Part shown: piece after piece, positions 30,189-39,272 of the stretch
Position numbering within the stretch: position 1 is the first letter of the stretch
Layout of the letters: every line of letters begins with the position of its first letter
From: Armatimonadota bacterium
GTDB taxonomy: Bacteria > Armatimonadota > HRBIN16
NCBI GenBank assembly: GCA_963677485.1
Contig: OY781964.1
Location: 4,064,001 to 4,128,000, forward strand
DNA: 64,000 nucleotides
Direction: 5' to 3'
Program-made: the position numbers and the translations under genes
Notes under the pieces: model-generated
The model's input: only the letters and a program-made list of their open reading frames with translations
Database searches by the model: none
What the model was told of the DNA's origin: nothing

Positions 30189-31633
30189 GCGATCATGTTA
30201 CAACAAGTGACACCCCTATGGTGAAGGTTGGCGTGTTTGCCATCGGGCTTGACACCTACTGGGCGCAGTTTGGTGAGCTCAAAGAGCATCTTCTTGGGTA
30301 TCACGCCGGGATATGCAAACGTATCGGCGGGTTCGGCGCTGAGGTTGTGGATGCGGGCCTTATTGATAACCCAGTCAAGGCACGCGGAGCTGCCGATCTG
30401 TTCAGCCGTGAGCAGGTCGAGGTCATCTTTCTGTATGTCAGCACCTATGCGCTCTCCTCCACCGTGTTGCCAGTGGTGCAAAAGGTGGGAGTTCCGGTGG
30501 TGGTGTTGAACCTTCAACCGGTGGCCAGGCTGGATTACGACAAATTCAACGCGCTTGGCGACCGTGGCTTGATGACGGGCATCTGGCTGGAGCATTGCCA
30601 GGCCTGCTCAGCACCTGAGATTGCCAGCGTGTTCAATCAGGCGCATATCCCGTATCATCTTGTGACAGGCACGCTGGATGACCCTGAGGCCTGGGTCGAG
30701 ATTGAGGATTGGGTGCAGGCCTCACACGTGAAAGCTGTGATGCAGCAAAACCGTGTGGGGGTTCTGGGTCACTATTACTGCGGCATGCTGGACGTCTACA
30801 CCGACCTCACCCAGCAAAGCATCGTGTTTGGCAACCACTTTGAGCTGCTGGAGATGTGCCAGTTGGCGGCTTTGCGGCATGGGGTCACTGACACCGCGCT
30901 GCAGGCTAAGCTGAAGCAGTTCCAGGAGTGGTTTGTAGTCGATCCGGCGTGTACGCCCTATGAGATGGAGCGCGCAGCCCGCACCTCCTGCGCACTGGAT
31001 GCGCTGGTGGCGAAACACAACCTGGGCTCGATGGCCTACTATTACGAGGGTGAGGCCGGTAACGAGTATGAAGACATCGTGACCAGCGTGATCCCTGGCA
31101 ACACATTGCTCACGGCTAACCATGTGCCCATCGCCGGGGAGTGCGAAGTGAAGAACGTGCAGGCCATGAAGATCATGGATGCGTTCGGTGCAGGTGGCTC
31201 TTTCTCAGAGCTTTACTTGATGGACCTGGAGGACGACATCGTGATGCTAGGTCACGATGGTCCGGCCCATGCGGCGATCGCTCAGGAGAAGGTGAGACTG
31301 GTGCCATTGCCGCTGTATCACGGCAAACCTGGTCAGGGACTTTCCATTCAGATGGAAGTGAAGCATGGGCCTGTTACACTGCTGAGCGTGGTTCAAGATG
31401 GCGATGGAAAACTGCTGCTGCTCATCGCAGAAGCGGAGTCGGTAGCCGGACCCACTCTGCAGATCGGCAACACAAACAGCCGTTACCGCTTCAGCATCGG
31501 TGCCAAAGGCTTCATCAACGCCTGGTGCGCGGCAGGGCCGGCTCACCACTTCGCAATTGGAGTAGGGCACATTGGCGGTAAACTCGTGAAACTGGCCAGC
31601 TTGCTGGGCATCCGGTCGTTGAAAGTTTGCTAG
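30185..31633 (+). CDS. L-fucose/L-arabinose isomerase family protein
   Basis: YCGMLDVY, AGECEVKN, GSFSE, LGHDGPAH and GPAHHFAIGVGH motifs; ATGA overlap with rhaT. Confidence 0.8.
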   Translation: MSDHVTTSDTPMVKVGVFAIGLDTYWAQFGELKEHLLGYHAGICKRIGGFGAEVVDAGLIDNPVKARGAADLFSREQVEVIFLYVSTYALSSTVLPVVQKVGVPVVVLNLQPVARLDYDKFNALGDRGLMTGIWLEHCQACSAPEIASVFNQAHIPYHLVTGTLDDPEAWVEIEDWVQASHVKAVMQQNRVGVLGHYYCGMLDVYTDLTQQSIVFGNHFELLEMCQLAALRHGVTDTALQAKLKQFQEWFVVDPACTPYEMERAARTSCALDALVAKHNLGSMAYYYEGEAGNEYEDIVTSVIPGNTLLTANHVPIAGECEVKNVQAMKIMDAFGAGGSFSELYLMDLEDDIVMLGHDGPAHAAIAQEKVRLVPLPLYHGKPGQGLSIQMEVKHGPVTLLSVVQDGDGKLLLLIAEAESVAGPTLQIGNTNSRYRFSIGAKGFINAWCAAGPAHHFAIGVGHIGGKLVKLASLLGIRSLKVC

Positions 31634-31665
31634 AACACATCACGTCATCGTATGGGAGGTCCGTT

Positions 31666-34600
31666 ATGAGACGTCTGATTCTCGCTATTCTCGTGCTGCT
31701 TTGCAGCTTGTCGGCAGGTGCTGACGTGATGCGGCAGCATTTTGTTAATCCACCCGCGTCTGCACGGCCATGGGTCTACTGGTTTTGGTTGAATGGGAAT
31801 ATCACCGAACAGGGCATCAAGGCCGACCTTCAAGCGATGGCCAAGGTGGGCATCGGCGGTGTATTGATCATGGAGGTCGACCAGGGTGCTCCCGTTGGCC
31901 CTGTTGATTTCATGGGTCCAAACTGGCAGATATTGTTCCGCGTGATGGTGAAAGAAGCCGCCCGGCTGGGCATCGAAGTGAATATGAACAACGATGCTGG
32001 CTGGAACGGCAGCGGTGGCCCATGGATTACCCCGGACAAGTCGATGCAGAAAGTGGTGTTTACCGAGACCACCGTGGAGGGTGGGCAGGATGTCAGCGTG
32101 CAGTTACCGCAGCCTGAAACCATACGAGGTTACTACAAAGACATCACGGTGATGGCCTTCCCAAAACGTGGTAGTTACCGTGTGCCTGACATTGCAGGTA
32201 AGGCAGCGTATGGGCTGGGAGGAGCTGGTCAGCCGATCGGCGCAGTGCCGTCTGACAGCGTGATATCGGCGGACAGCATCATCTATCTAGACGCCTCAAT
32301 GGATGCGAATGGAAAGCTTAGCTGGAAGGCTCCTGCTGGCACATGGACGGTCATGCGGTTTGGACATACCACCACCGGTGCTGTGAATGGGCCGGCACCA
32401 GCTACGGGCACTGGGCTGGAGTGCGACAAGCTGAGTGTTGAGGGGGCTGAAGCGAACTGGTACGGCATGATGGGCAAGCTGCTGGCTGATAATAGGCAAT
32501 ACGTGGGCAAGAGCCTGGTGGCGACGCACGTGGATAGCTGGGAAGTCGGTTCGCAGAACTGGACAGAAAAGATGCCAGAGCTGTTCCGATTCCACTCTGG
32601 GTATAGCCTGACTTCATATCTACCTGCTTTCGCTGGCTATGTAGTGAACAGCGGTGAGGAGACCGAACGGTTCCTTTGGGACCTGCGTTCCACTATCTCG
32701 TTTGGCGTGGTGAATAACTATGCGGGCACCATCCGAAAATTGGCGAACAAGAACGGCTTGCGTTTCACCATTGAGGCCTACGGCAGTCCATGCGACTATC
32801 TACCATATGCCAAGCAGGCCGATGAGCCGATGGGTGAGTTTTGGATTGGGGCCGGTGCGATTGAAAGCTGCCGAGGCATGGCGTCCGCAGGGCATATCTA
32901 CGGCAAGAACATCATCGGTGCCGAGTCGTTCACTGCGGGGTCTGACGAGCGCTGGCTGCAGTATCACGGCAGCATTAAAGCGCTAGGTGACCGCGCGTTC
33001 TGTGAGGGCATCAACCGGTTTGTGTTCCATCGATATGCCATGCAGCCATGGGTCAACCGTGAACCTGGGATGACCATGGGGCCTTGGGGACTACACTACG
33101 AGCGCACCACAACCTGGTGGCAGCAGTCAAATGCCTGGCACAAGTATCTCGCTAGATGCCAGCAGATGCTGCGCACCGGGCAGTATGCGGCCGATGTATG
33201 CTACCTGCAGCCAGAAACACCGTTCCGAGGCTTTGAGATGCGGCAACTCAACGGCTACGCCTATGATGAGGTCACGCCAGAAGCGGTGATCAACTTGATG
33301 ACGGTGAAAAACGGCCGATTTGTGCTGCCAGGCGGCATGAGCTATCGGCTGATGGTGCTGCCAGGTGAGGTCCGAATGACGCCGACGCTGGTCAGCAAAG
33401 TGCGCGACTTGGTGAAGATGGGTGGAGTGGTGCTGGGCAGTTTACCGAAACTGACTCCCGGGCTGACATACTATCCTGCGAGTGATGGCAAGCTGAAAGC
33501 GGTCACGACTGAGCTGACTGCTTATTCCGCTGCCAAGCGCCCAGCCGGCGTCGGACGTGTGCTGAGCGGAATGTCCCCCGAAGAAGCGTTGAAGATGATG
33601 GGCGTGGCCCCGGACTGCGGACGTATCAGCGGCGTCAGCATGAACTGGATACACAGGCACCTGGCCGATGGGGAGCTCTACTTTGTAGCCAACCCATCAA
33701 GTCTGGCACAAGAAATTACCCTCTCTTTCCGTGTGAAGGGCATGGTTCCTGAGCTGTGGCATCCTGAGACCGGTACTGTTGAAACGGCGGCTGTGTATGC
33801 ACCCACCGCGCAAGGCACCTCCGTGCGGCTGTCGATGCTTCCGCAGGAGTCCGTGTTCGTGGTGTTCCGGAAGGGAACCAAGCCGTCATTGCGGCTCGCC
33901 AGCCTGAAGCTCAACGGCAGCACCGTGGTCGCGCTCAGCAAGGCCTCTGCGAAGCCGTCCGCCTCCTTGCTGCAGGTGGTTTCAGCCAGATATGGTCTCT
34001 TCTCCGACCCATCCCGCACCATCGACGCGAAACCCAGGGTGGATGCCCTTCTGGCCAAAGGTGTGGAGCAGTTCCGGGTGGCCGATCTGGCGATTGGCGG
34101 CGACCCTGCGTTCAACATCGTGAAAACAGCCGAAATAGTGGTTAAGAGCAAGAACCGTACCTACACCGTCACTGGCACCGACCCTGAGATGGTCAGTCTG
34201 TCTGACCCCGAGGGTGTGGTGGCGAACCGCGCCAGCGTGCGGCCGCTTGATGCAAACAGCGCCCAACTGACGGTGTGGAGTGCCGGGAAATACGAGCTCT
34301 CTGCGTCCGACGGCAGGTCAATGGTGAAGACGATCTCTGCTTTACCCAAGGCAAAGCCTATCACTGGTCCTGTGAAGGTGCAATTCCAGCCAGGTAAAGG
34401 CGCACCAGCCTCCATCGTGATGCCGGAACTGGCCTCATGGAGCGAGAATTCAAACCCTGGCGTGAAATACTTCTCAGGAAGCGCGAACTACCTTCTGAAG
34501 GCAAAGATGAGTGCCTCTGATCTGGCACCTGGCCGCTGCTGGATGTTGGACCTGGGTAATGTGAAGGTGATTGCGGAGCTGACAGTGAACGGCAAGAAGA

Positions 34601-34929
34601 TTGTCACGCTTTGGAAGAGCCCATACCGATATGACATCACCGGATGGCTGCGTGCGGGAGCGAACAACATCGAAGTTCGCGTGACGAACCTGTGGCCAAA
34701 CCGCCAGATCGGTGACGAACTGCTTCCCGATGACAGTGAACGGCGAGGCGACGGCACGCTGGTGAAATGGCCGGAGTGGGTAGATGGCGCCGGCGTCAGC
34801 CCGACAGGGCGTGTGAGCTTCACAAGCTGGCGTCTGTGGGGTAAGAATGATGCTCTGCAGCCGTCCGGGTTGATCGGACCGGTGGTGCTTCGCCCTGGAC
34901 AGAAAGTTCAGGTAAAGTGGGGTGAATAG
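31666..34929 (+). CDS. Secreted GH106 alpha-L-rhamnosidase-like glycoside hydrolase
   Basis: PPASARPWVYWFWLNGN, GWNGSGGPW, DSWE, PMGEFW, AESFT and SGLIGPV motifs; GGAGG RBS before ATG 31666. Confidence 0.88.
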   Translation: MRRLILAILVLLCSLSAGADVMRQHFVNPPASARPWVYWFWLNGNITEQGIKADLQAMAKVGIGGVLIMEVDQGAPVGPVDFMGPNWQILFRVMVKEAARLGIEVNMNNDAGWNGSGGPWITPDKSMQKVVFTETTVEGGQDVSVQLPQPETIRGYYKDITVMAFPKRGSYRVPDIAGKAAYGLGGAGQPIGAVPSDSVISADSIIYLDASMDANGKLSWKAPAGTWTVMRFGHTTTGAVNGPAPATGTGLECDKLSVEGAEANWYGMMGKLLADNRQYVGKSLVATHVDSWEVGSQNWTEKMPELFRFHSGYSLTSYLPAFAGYVVNSGEETERFLWDLRSTISFGVVNNYAGTIRKLANKNGLRFTIEAYGSPCDYLPYAKQADEPMGEFWIGAGAIESCRGMASAGHIYGKNIIGAESFTAGSDERWLQYHGSIKALGDRAFCEGINRFVFHRYAMQPWVNREPGMTMGPWGLHYERTTTWWQQSNAWHKYLARCQQMLRTGQYAADVCYLQPETPFRGFEMRQLNGYAYDEVTPEAVINLMTVKNGRFVLPGGMSYRLMVLPGEVRMTPTLVSKVRDLVKMGGVVLGSLPKLTPGLTYYPASDGKLKAVTTELTAYSAAKRPAGVGRVLSGMSPEEALKMMGVAPDCGRISGVSMNWIHRHLADGELYFVANPSSLAQEITLSFRVKGMVPELWHPETGTVETAAVYAPTAQGTSVRLSMLPQESVFVVFRKGTKPSLRLASLKLNGSTVVALSKASAKPSASLLQVVSARYGLFSDPSRTIDAKPRVDALLAKGVEQFRVADLAIGGDPAFNIVKTAEIVVKSKNRTYTVTGTDPEMVSLSDPEGVVANRASVRPLDANSAQLTVWSAGKYELSASDGRSMVKTISALPKAKPITGPVKVQFQPGKGAPASIVMPELASWSENSNPGVKYFSGSANYLLKAKMSASDLAPGRCWMLDLGNVKVIAELTVNGKKIVTLWKSPYRYDITGWLRAGANNIEVRVTNLWPNRQIGDELLPDDSERRGDGTLVKWPEWVDGAGVSPTGRVSFTSWRLWGKNDALQPSGLIGPVVLRPGQKVQVKWGE

Positions 34930-34941
34930 AAGGCGGAATAG

Positions 34942-35017
34942 TGGTGGGCCCGGCTGGATTCGAACCAGCGACCAATCAGTTATGAGCCGACTGCTCTAAC
35001 CACTGAGCTACGGGCCC
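34942..35017 (-). tRNA. tRNA with CAT anticodon, most likely tRNA-Ile2 (lysidine-modified)
   Basis: Reverse complement GGGCCCGTAGCTCAGTGGTTAGAGCAGTCGGCTCATAACTGATTGGTCGCTGGTTCGAATCCAGCCGGGCCCACCA folds as a cloverleaf with encoded CCA; closely resembles E. coli ileX rather than Met tRNAs. Confidence 0.92.
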
Positions 35018-35033
35018 TCAGGGCAGCTTCTGT

Positions 35034-35062
35034 ATTATAACAAACCTGCCTGGGTTGAGCAA
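35034..35062 (-). promoter_or_regulatory. Sigma70 promoter of the tRNA
   Basis: Minus strand TTGCTC-N17-TATAAT, 16 nt upstream of the tRNA 5' end. Confidence 0.65.
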
Positions 35063-35091
35063 TACTCAGGCAGAAAACCAATGAGGATAAT

Positions 35092-36075
35092 ATGACATCA
35101 CGTGAACGGGTCTTAGCAGTCATCAATCACCAGCGGCCAGACCGTGTGCCAATCTATGGATGGGTCGTGGCAAACCTGAGCGAGCAGATCAACCAAAAAT
35201 GGGGAAGCCTAGCCGCATTTGAAGACAAATACGAGTTCGATTACGCCCACCTGTTCGGGGGGCCAGGCAACTACCGCGGCGAAGATATGGCCGAGTGGTT
35301 CAAAACTTTCAACATGGATACCGAACCTGGCACGCTGCTTGATGTCCCTTTGACAGACCCGAACGTCTCCGGTGACTACGATGGCTTGCGTGCCGAAGTG
35401 GCGCACCATAAGGTACAACGTGACAAATGGGTGTATGTGCAGACGAACGGATTTTTCGAATGTCATAACGGGCCCTACGGTATCGAAAACCACCTGGCTT
35501 ACCTTGCCGAATACGAGGACCAACTGCACGAAGTGTACAAACGGCAGGCTGAGTGGACCATCCAGTTTGCTAATAACTGCCTGGATATCGGAATAGACAT
35601 GATCCACATCTCGGATGACTGGGGTGGCCAACACTCGTTGATGTTCAACCCGCGTGTCTGGAAGCGGCTGATCGCACCTTATCATAAGATGATTATCGAC
35701 GCGGTGAAAGCGCGCGGAGGATATGTCAGTCTGCATACCGACGGCTGTAACAGCAGCGTGGTGGATGGCATTGTAGAGCTCGGTTTCGACGTGGTTCATC
35801 CCTGGCAGGAGAGTGCAGGCATGAGCTACGAGCTGTATGACCAGTATAAAGACAAGTTCACTATCATGGGCGGCCTGGATGTTCAGACCACCATCGGCTT
35901 CGGCCGCCTAGACGCTCTGGTGGCGGACATCGAGCGGGTGTTGGGCCGGTTCCGTGACGGCAATATGCTATACTGCACCTCGCACTTCGTGCAGGACCAC
36001 TGCAGCATGGAGGAGCTTGAGCTGGCGTTTGACACCGTGCTGCGGGTCGTGCGCGAGCAGCAGGCGAAAGGGTAG
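35092..36075 (+). CDS. Uroporphyrinogen decarboxylase (URO-D/MtaA-like) family protein
   Basis: MTSRERVL..INHQRPDRVP, SDDWG, LHTDG, HPWQE and GGLDVQ motifs. Confidence 0.85.
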   Translation: MTSRERVLAVINHQRPDRVPIYGWVVANLSEQINQKWGSLAAFEDKYEFDYAHLFGGPGNYRGEDMAEWFKTFNMDTEPGTLLDVPLTDPNVSGDYDGLRAEVAHHKVQRDKWVYVQTNGFFECHNGPYGIENHLAYLAEYEDQLHEVYKRQAEWTIQFANNCLDIGIDMIHISDDWGGQHSLMFNPRVWKRLIAPYHKMIIDAVKARGGYVSLHTDGCNSSVVDGIVELGFDVVHPWQESAGMSYELYDQYKDKFTIMGGLDVQTTIGFGRLDALVADIERVLGRFRDGNMLYCTSHFVQDHCSMEELELAFDTVLRVVREQQAKG

Positions 36076-36225
36076 GGAAGAAGAGCAGAAGTTAGGAGAG
36101 CAGGAGATAGGAGATGCTGTATCTTCTCCTATCTATCTGAACTTAACCGCGTAATCCGTGGTTCAGACAACCCAGCGGTTCAATCTCTCCTGACTCCTGC
36201 TCTCCTTACTCCTTACTCCATGCCC
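36076..36225. repeat. Composite intergenic repeat: 8-bp GGAG/CTCC arrays enclosing a collapsed TCTGAAC...GTTCAGA module
   Basis: gaagagca-gaagtta-ggagagca-ggagata-ggagat; tctgaacttaaccgcgtaatccgtggttcaga at 36136-36167; ctcctgactcctgctctccttactccttactcc. Confidence 0.8.
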
Positions 36226-36232
36226 CCACGCC

Positions 36233-37393
36233 CTACCCGTTTTCCTTCCACTTTCCATCAGCTTTCAACAGGGCCACTAACTCCGCCACGCCATCGGACT
36301 GATGCACTGTCTTCACGGGCTGCTTGCCGCGGTAGAGAGTGATCTGGCTGGCGCCTTTGCCTACGTAGCCGTAATCCGCGTCCGCCATCTCGCCAGGACC
36401 GTTCACAATGCAGCCCATCACCGCGATGTCCAGTCCAACCAGGTGCTGCGTGGCCTCGCGAACCTCGGAAAGCACCCGCTGGAGGTCAAACTGCGTCCGG
36501 CCGCAACTGGGGCATGCGATATATTCCACTTTGGTTTTGCGATGCCCGGTGGCTTGAAGCAGCTCGAAACAGACCGGTATCTCCTTCTCAGGGTCCTCAG
36601 AAAGGCTGACTCGGATGGTGTCTCCGATGCCCTCCAGAAGCAGCGTGGCGATTCCCGCGATGCTCTTGGTGCGGCCGTAGCTGCCGTCACCCGCTTCGGT
36701 CACTCCAAGGTGCAGCGGACAGTCGAGACCCTCTTCGGCCATGCGAATCGCTGCCAGGCGGTTCGCAGCGAGCATGGTAGGAACACGACTCGCCTTGAAT
36801 GAGATGACGATGTCCTCAAAACCCAGCTCCCGGCAGATGCGTGCATACTCCAGCGCGGACTGCACCATGCCCTCGGGCGTGTCGCCGTAGCGCAGCATCA
36901 TGCGTGGCGCCAGGCTGCCATGGTTCACGCCCAGCCTCAGGCAATGCCCATACGCACGGAGCTCAGCGAGCAGGGGAGATAGTGCGTCGGTGATCTGTTG
37001 TTCAGCTTCCGATTCGCTCCAAATTTCATCTGCCGGCTGCATCACATACAGACCTGGGTTGATGCGCACTTTGTCGACGGCGCTCGCCACCCGTATGGCG
37101 ATCTTCTGCCCGGTGTGGTGGACGTCGGCAATGAGCGGAGTATCGCAGCCGTCAGCCAGAAGCTGCTCGCGGATGCGGTGTGCAGCTTCTGCATCGGCCA
37201 TCGTGGGCACAGTAAAGCGTACTGCTTCAGCACCGGCCTCAGCCAGTCGTTTGACGGCCTCCACCGCTGCGGGCACGTCGTGAGTGGGCACATTGATCAT
37301 CGACTGCACCAGAACCGGTGCGTCTCCGCCAATGAATTGACGGCCAAGTGCGATCTTGCGTGTATGTCGGCGCGGGTATTCGGTTTGCCACAT
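36233..37393 (-). CDS. ispG: 4-hydroxy-3-methylbut-2-en-1-yl diphosphate synthase
   Basis: [49 protein letters not shown] and [11 protein letters not shown] motifs; start placed at MWQTEY. Confidence 0.96.
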   Translation of the reverse strand: MWQTEYPRRHTRKIALGRQFIGGDAPVLVQSMINVPTHDVPAAVEAVKRLAEAGAEAVRFTVPTMADAEAAHRIREQLLADGCDTPLIADVHHTGQKIAIRVASAVDKVRINPGLYVMQPADEIWSESEAEQQITDALSPLLAELRAYGHCLRLGVNHGSLAPRMMLRYGDTPEGMVQSALEYARICRELGFEDIVISFKASRVPTMLAANRLAAIRMAEEGLDCPLHLGVTEAGDGSYGRTKSIAGIATLLLEGIGDTIRVSLSEDPEKEIPVCFELLQATGHRKTKVEYIACPSCGRTQFDLQRVLSEVREATQHLVGLDIAVMGCIVNGPGEMADADYGYVGKGASQITLYRGKQPVKTVHQSDGVAELVALLKADGKWKENG

Positions 37394-37514
37394 GTGGTGT
37401 ATTATCCCCAGGTAAAATCGTGTCATGTTCATTTTACACCCATGCCATGGTGTGACGTTTGTTGCATCGATTGGGCGGCGGAGGCATAATATTAAATGAG
37501 AGGTGATGTGATAC

Positions 37515-37835
37515 ATGCCCACATATGGTTACCGATGCCAGGACTGCGGCTACGAGTTTGAGGAGTTCCAGAGCATTACTGCCGACTCCCTGACCGTATG
37601 TCCGAAGTGTCAGGGTGAGATCAAACGGAAAATTTTTGCCGCCGGGATTATTTTCAAGGGTTCGGGATTCTACGTGACAGATAACGCGAAAGCGGTAGCA
37701 CCTGGCGTGGTTCCACCCAGCGAAACGCCCTCCAGCGATACTCCGTCTACCGAAACCCCAACTACCGTTACTTCAACTAGCGATGCCTCAACTGGTGGTT
37801 CTACACCAACCGCACCGTCGAGTGATATAAAGTAG
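37515..37835 (+). CDS. FmdB-family zinc-ribbon protein with S/T/P-rich tail
   Basis: [12 protein letters not shown]...CPKC...[10 protein letters not shown]; GAGGTG RBS; TTGCAT-N17-CATAAT upstream. Confidence 0.92.
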   Translation: MPTYGYRCQDCGYEFEEFQSITADSLTVCPKCQGEIKRKIFAAGIIFKGSGFYVTDNAKAVAPGVVPPSETPSSDTPSTETPTTVTSTSDASTGGSTPTAPSSDIK

Positions 37836-37843
37836 CTACGATG

Positions 37844-37881
37844 AAAATGGCGTTGCAGAACACAAACTGCAACGCCATTTT
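37844..37881. terminator. Bidirectional intrinsic terminator between convergent genes
   Basis: AAAATGGCGTTGCAG-loop-CTGCAACGCCATTTT. Confidence 0.85.
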
Positions 37882-37908
37882 GATTTAGAATCTACGGATC
37901 AAATCGGC

Positions 37909-39117
37909 TCAGTCCTGGTTATCACCCAACTGGTTAATATCATTGGTTATCTGCTTCATTTCTGGCATAGGTTCGTCGGTGATCTCGGTTGGGTCAAAGC
38001 CCATTTCGTCTTCTAGTGTCATAAACAACCCAACGATCGATGAGCCCATGAATGGATCCTGGCCGTAGCCATCCCCGGTTTCAGACGAATACCACTCTCT
38101 GTAGCTGCTTTTATCCAGTATATTCAATGACAGTTTGGCAAGCGCGGTGGCTTCATCCATGAACCCATATTTGCGCAACCCTTGGAACACAAGGTAGTTT
38201 ATGGAGATATACGTGCTGGCTCGCCAGTTCCTGCCCTCTTCACCTTCAATCAACTCATCGCGATACCCCGGTTCGGTGGCAGCCAAGGCGGGGATGGGAT
38301 AACGGCGCCAAAACTCATCAGGGTTCATCAAGTGCTCTTTCACCAAACGGTCGGCTTGCTCTTGCGTGCAGATACCGGCGAATAAGGGAAAGAATGTGGA
38401 GACTGCTTTAACGGGAATTTGCTCATTCGTGCGGACATCAAGGTCGAAATACATCCCTTGTTCTTCATTCCACAATAGCGACTGAATCGCATCGGTTCGT
38501 GTATTGGCGGCTTCCTGCCAGCGTTCAGATTCAATGGATCGACCGACCCGCTGATATAGCAGCGATAACGCCTGGCACTCGCGCACCAAAGTAGCGTTTA
38601 AGTCTACGCCAGCACAATAGGCCTCGCCATTTTTACCAAGACGTTCCGTCTGGTTTTCCATTACATGGCTGGCGCCTTCCCATACACTGAGGTTTATGCC
38701 GCTGACATCACGCCGAAGCATCCAATGGGTCAGATACTTTTCCAACGCATCCAGCAGGCCATGGGTGACCCAACCCCATTCATTGATGTATGCACCGGTC
38801 AGCACGCATGTTTGAGCTAGCCAAGGCTTGGCGTGTTCTCCGCGGGTACTGGCGATAGGTGGTACGGATCGCGGCAGCAGGCCTGTGTTTCGATCCTGGT
38901 ATGCGAAAAACACACGAACTCCATTTAATGCGAATACCGGAGGCCAGCCTAGATAAAACTGTGTGATCGCTTCAAAATACTGATCGTAGTCAAATAGCGT
39001 TTTCTTCGTATATCCGGAATAGATGGTAAGCCTTGTTCGGTCGTTGGTGTGTTGTCCGCTCTTCATTAGCTCTCTAGCTTCAGTGGCAAGATCAGCTAAT
39101 AAAAGTCTCTCATCCAT
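37909..39117 (-). CDS. GH63/trehalase-like (alpha/alpha)6 glycoside hydrolase (MGH1-like)
   Basis: DYDQYF, VDLN, LWNEEQGMYFD, FFPLFAG, NYLVFQGLRKYG and EWYSSETG motifs; GGAGG before ATG 39117. Confidence 0.75.
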   Translation of the reverse strand: MDERLLLADLATEARELMKSGQHTNDRTRLTIYSGYTKKTLFDYDQYFEAITQFYLGWPPVFALNGVRVFFAYQDRNTGLLPRSVPPIASTRGEHAKPWLAQTCVLTGAYINEWGWVTHGLLDALEKYLTHWMLRRDVSGINLSVWEGASHVMENQTERLGKNGEAYCAGVDLNATLVRECQALSLLYQRVGRSIESERWQEAANTRTDAIQSLLWNEEQGMYFDLDVRTNEQIPVKAVSTFFPLFAGICTQEQADRLVKEHLMNPDEFWRRYPIPALAATEPGYRDELIEGEEGRNWRASTYISINYLVFQGLRKYGFMDEATALAKLSLNILDKSSYREWYSSETGDGYGQDPFMGSSIVGLFMTLEDEMGFDPTEITDEPMPEMKQITNDINQLGDNQD

Positions 39118-39272
39118 ACATACATTCCTCCCAGTCATAAGACATCCTTATATATTGTGACCGATAACGAATTATAAAAGTATGTGAATTCTCAGGATTA
39201 TACAAGGAATATAGGTGCAGTTTCTCGAATACTAATAAGAAGACGTGCCATTCCATCATACGAGGAAATATC

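Noticed and set aside
27277-35017. tRNA-anchored genomic island (TA pair plus rhamnoside locus at the tRNA 3' side)
   Set aside because: No integrase, and I found no duplicate of the tRNA 3' end (TGGTGGGCCC...) near 27.3 kb.
34942-35017. tRNA-Met or initiator tRNA call
   Set aside because: It lacks the C1:A72 mismatch and the three G-C anticodon-stem pairs of fMet tRNA, and the overall sequence resembles Ile2; elongator Met cannot be fully excluded without a covariance model.
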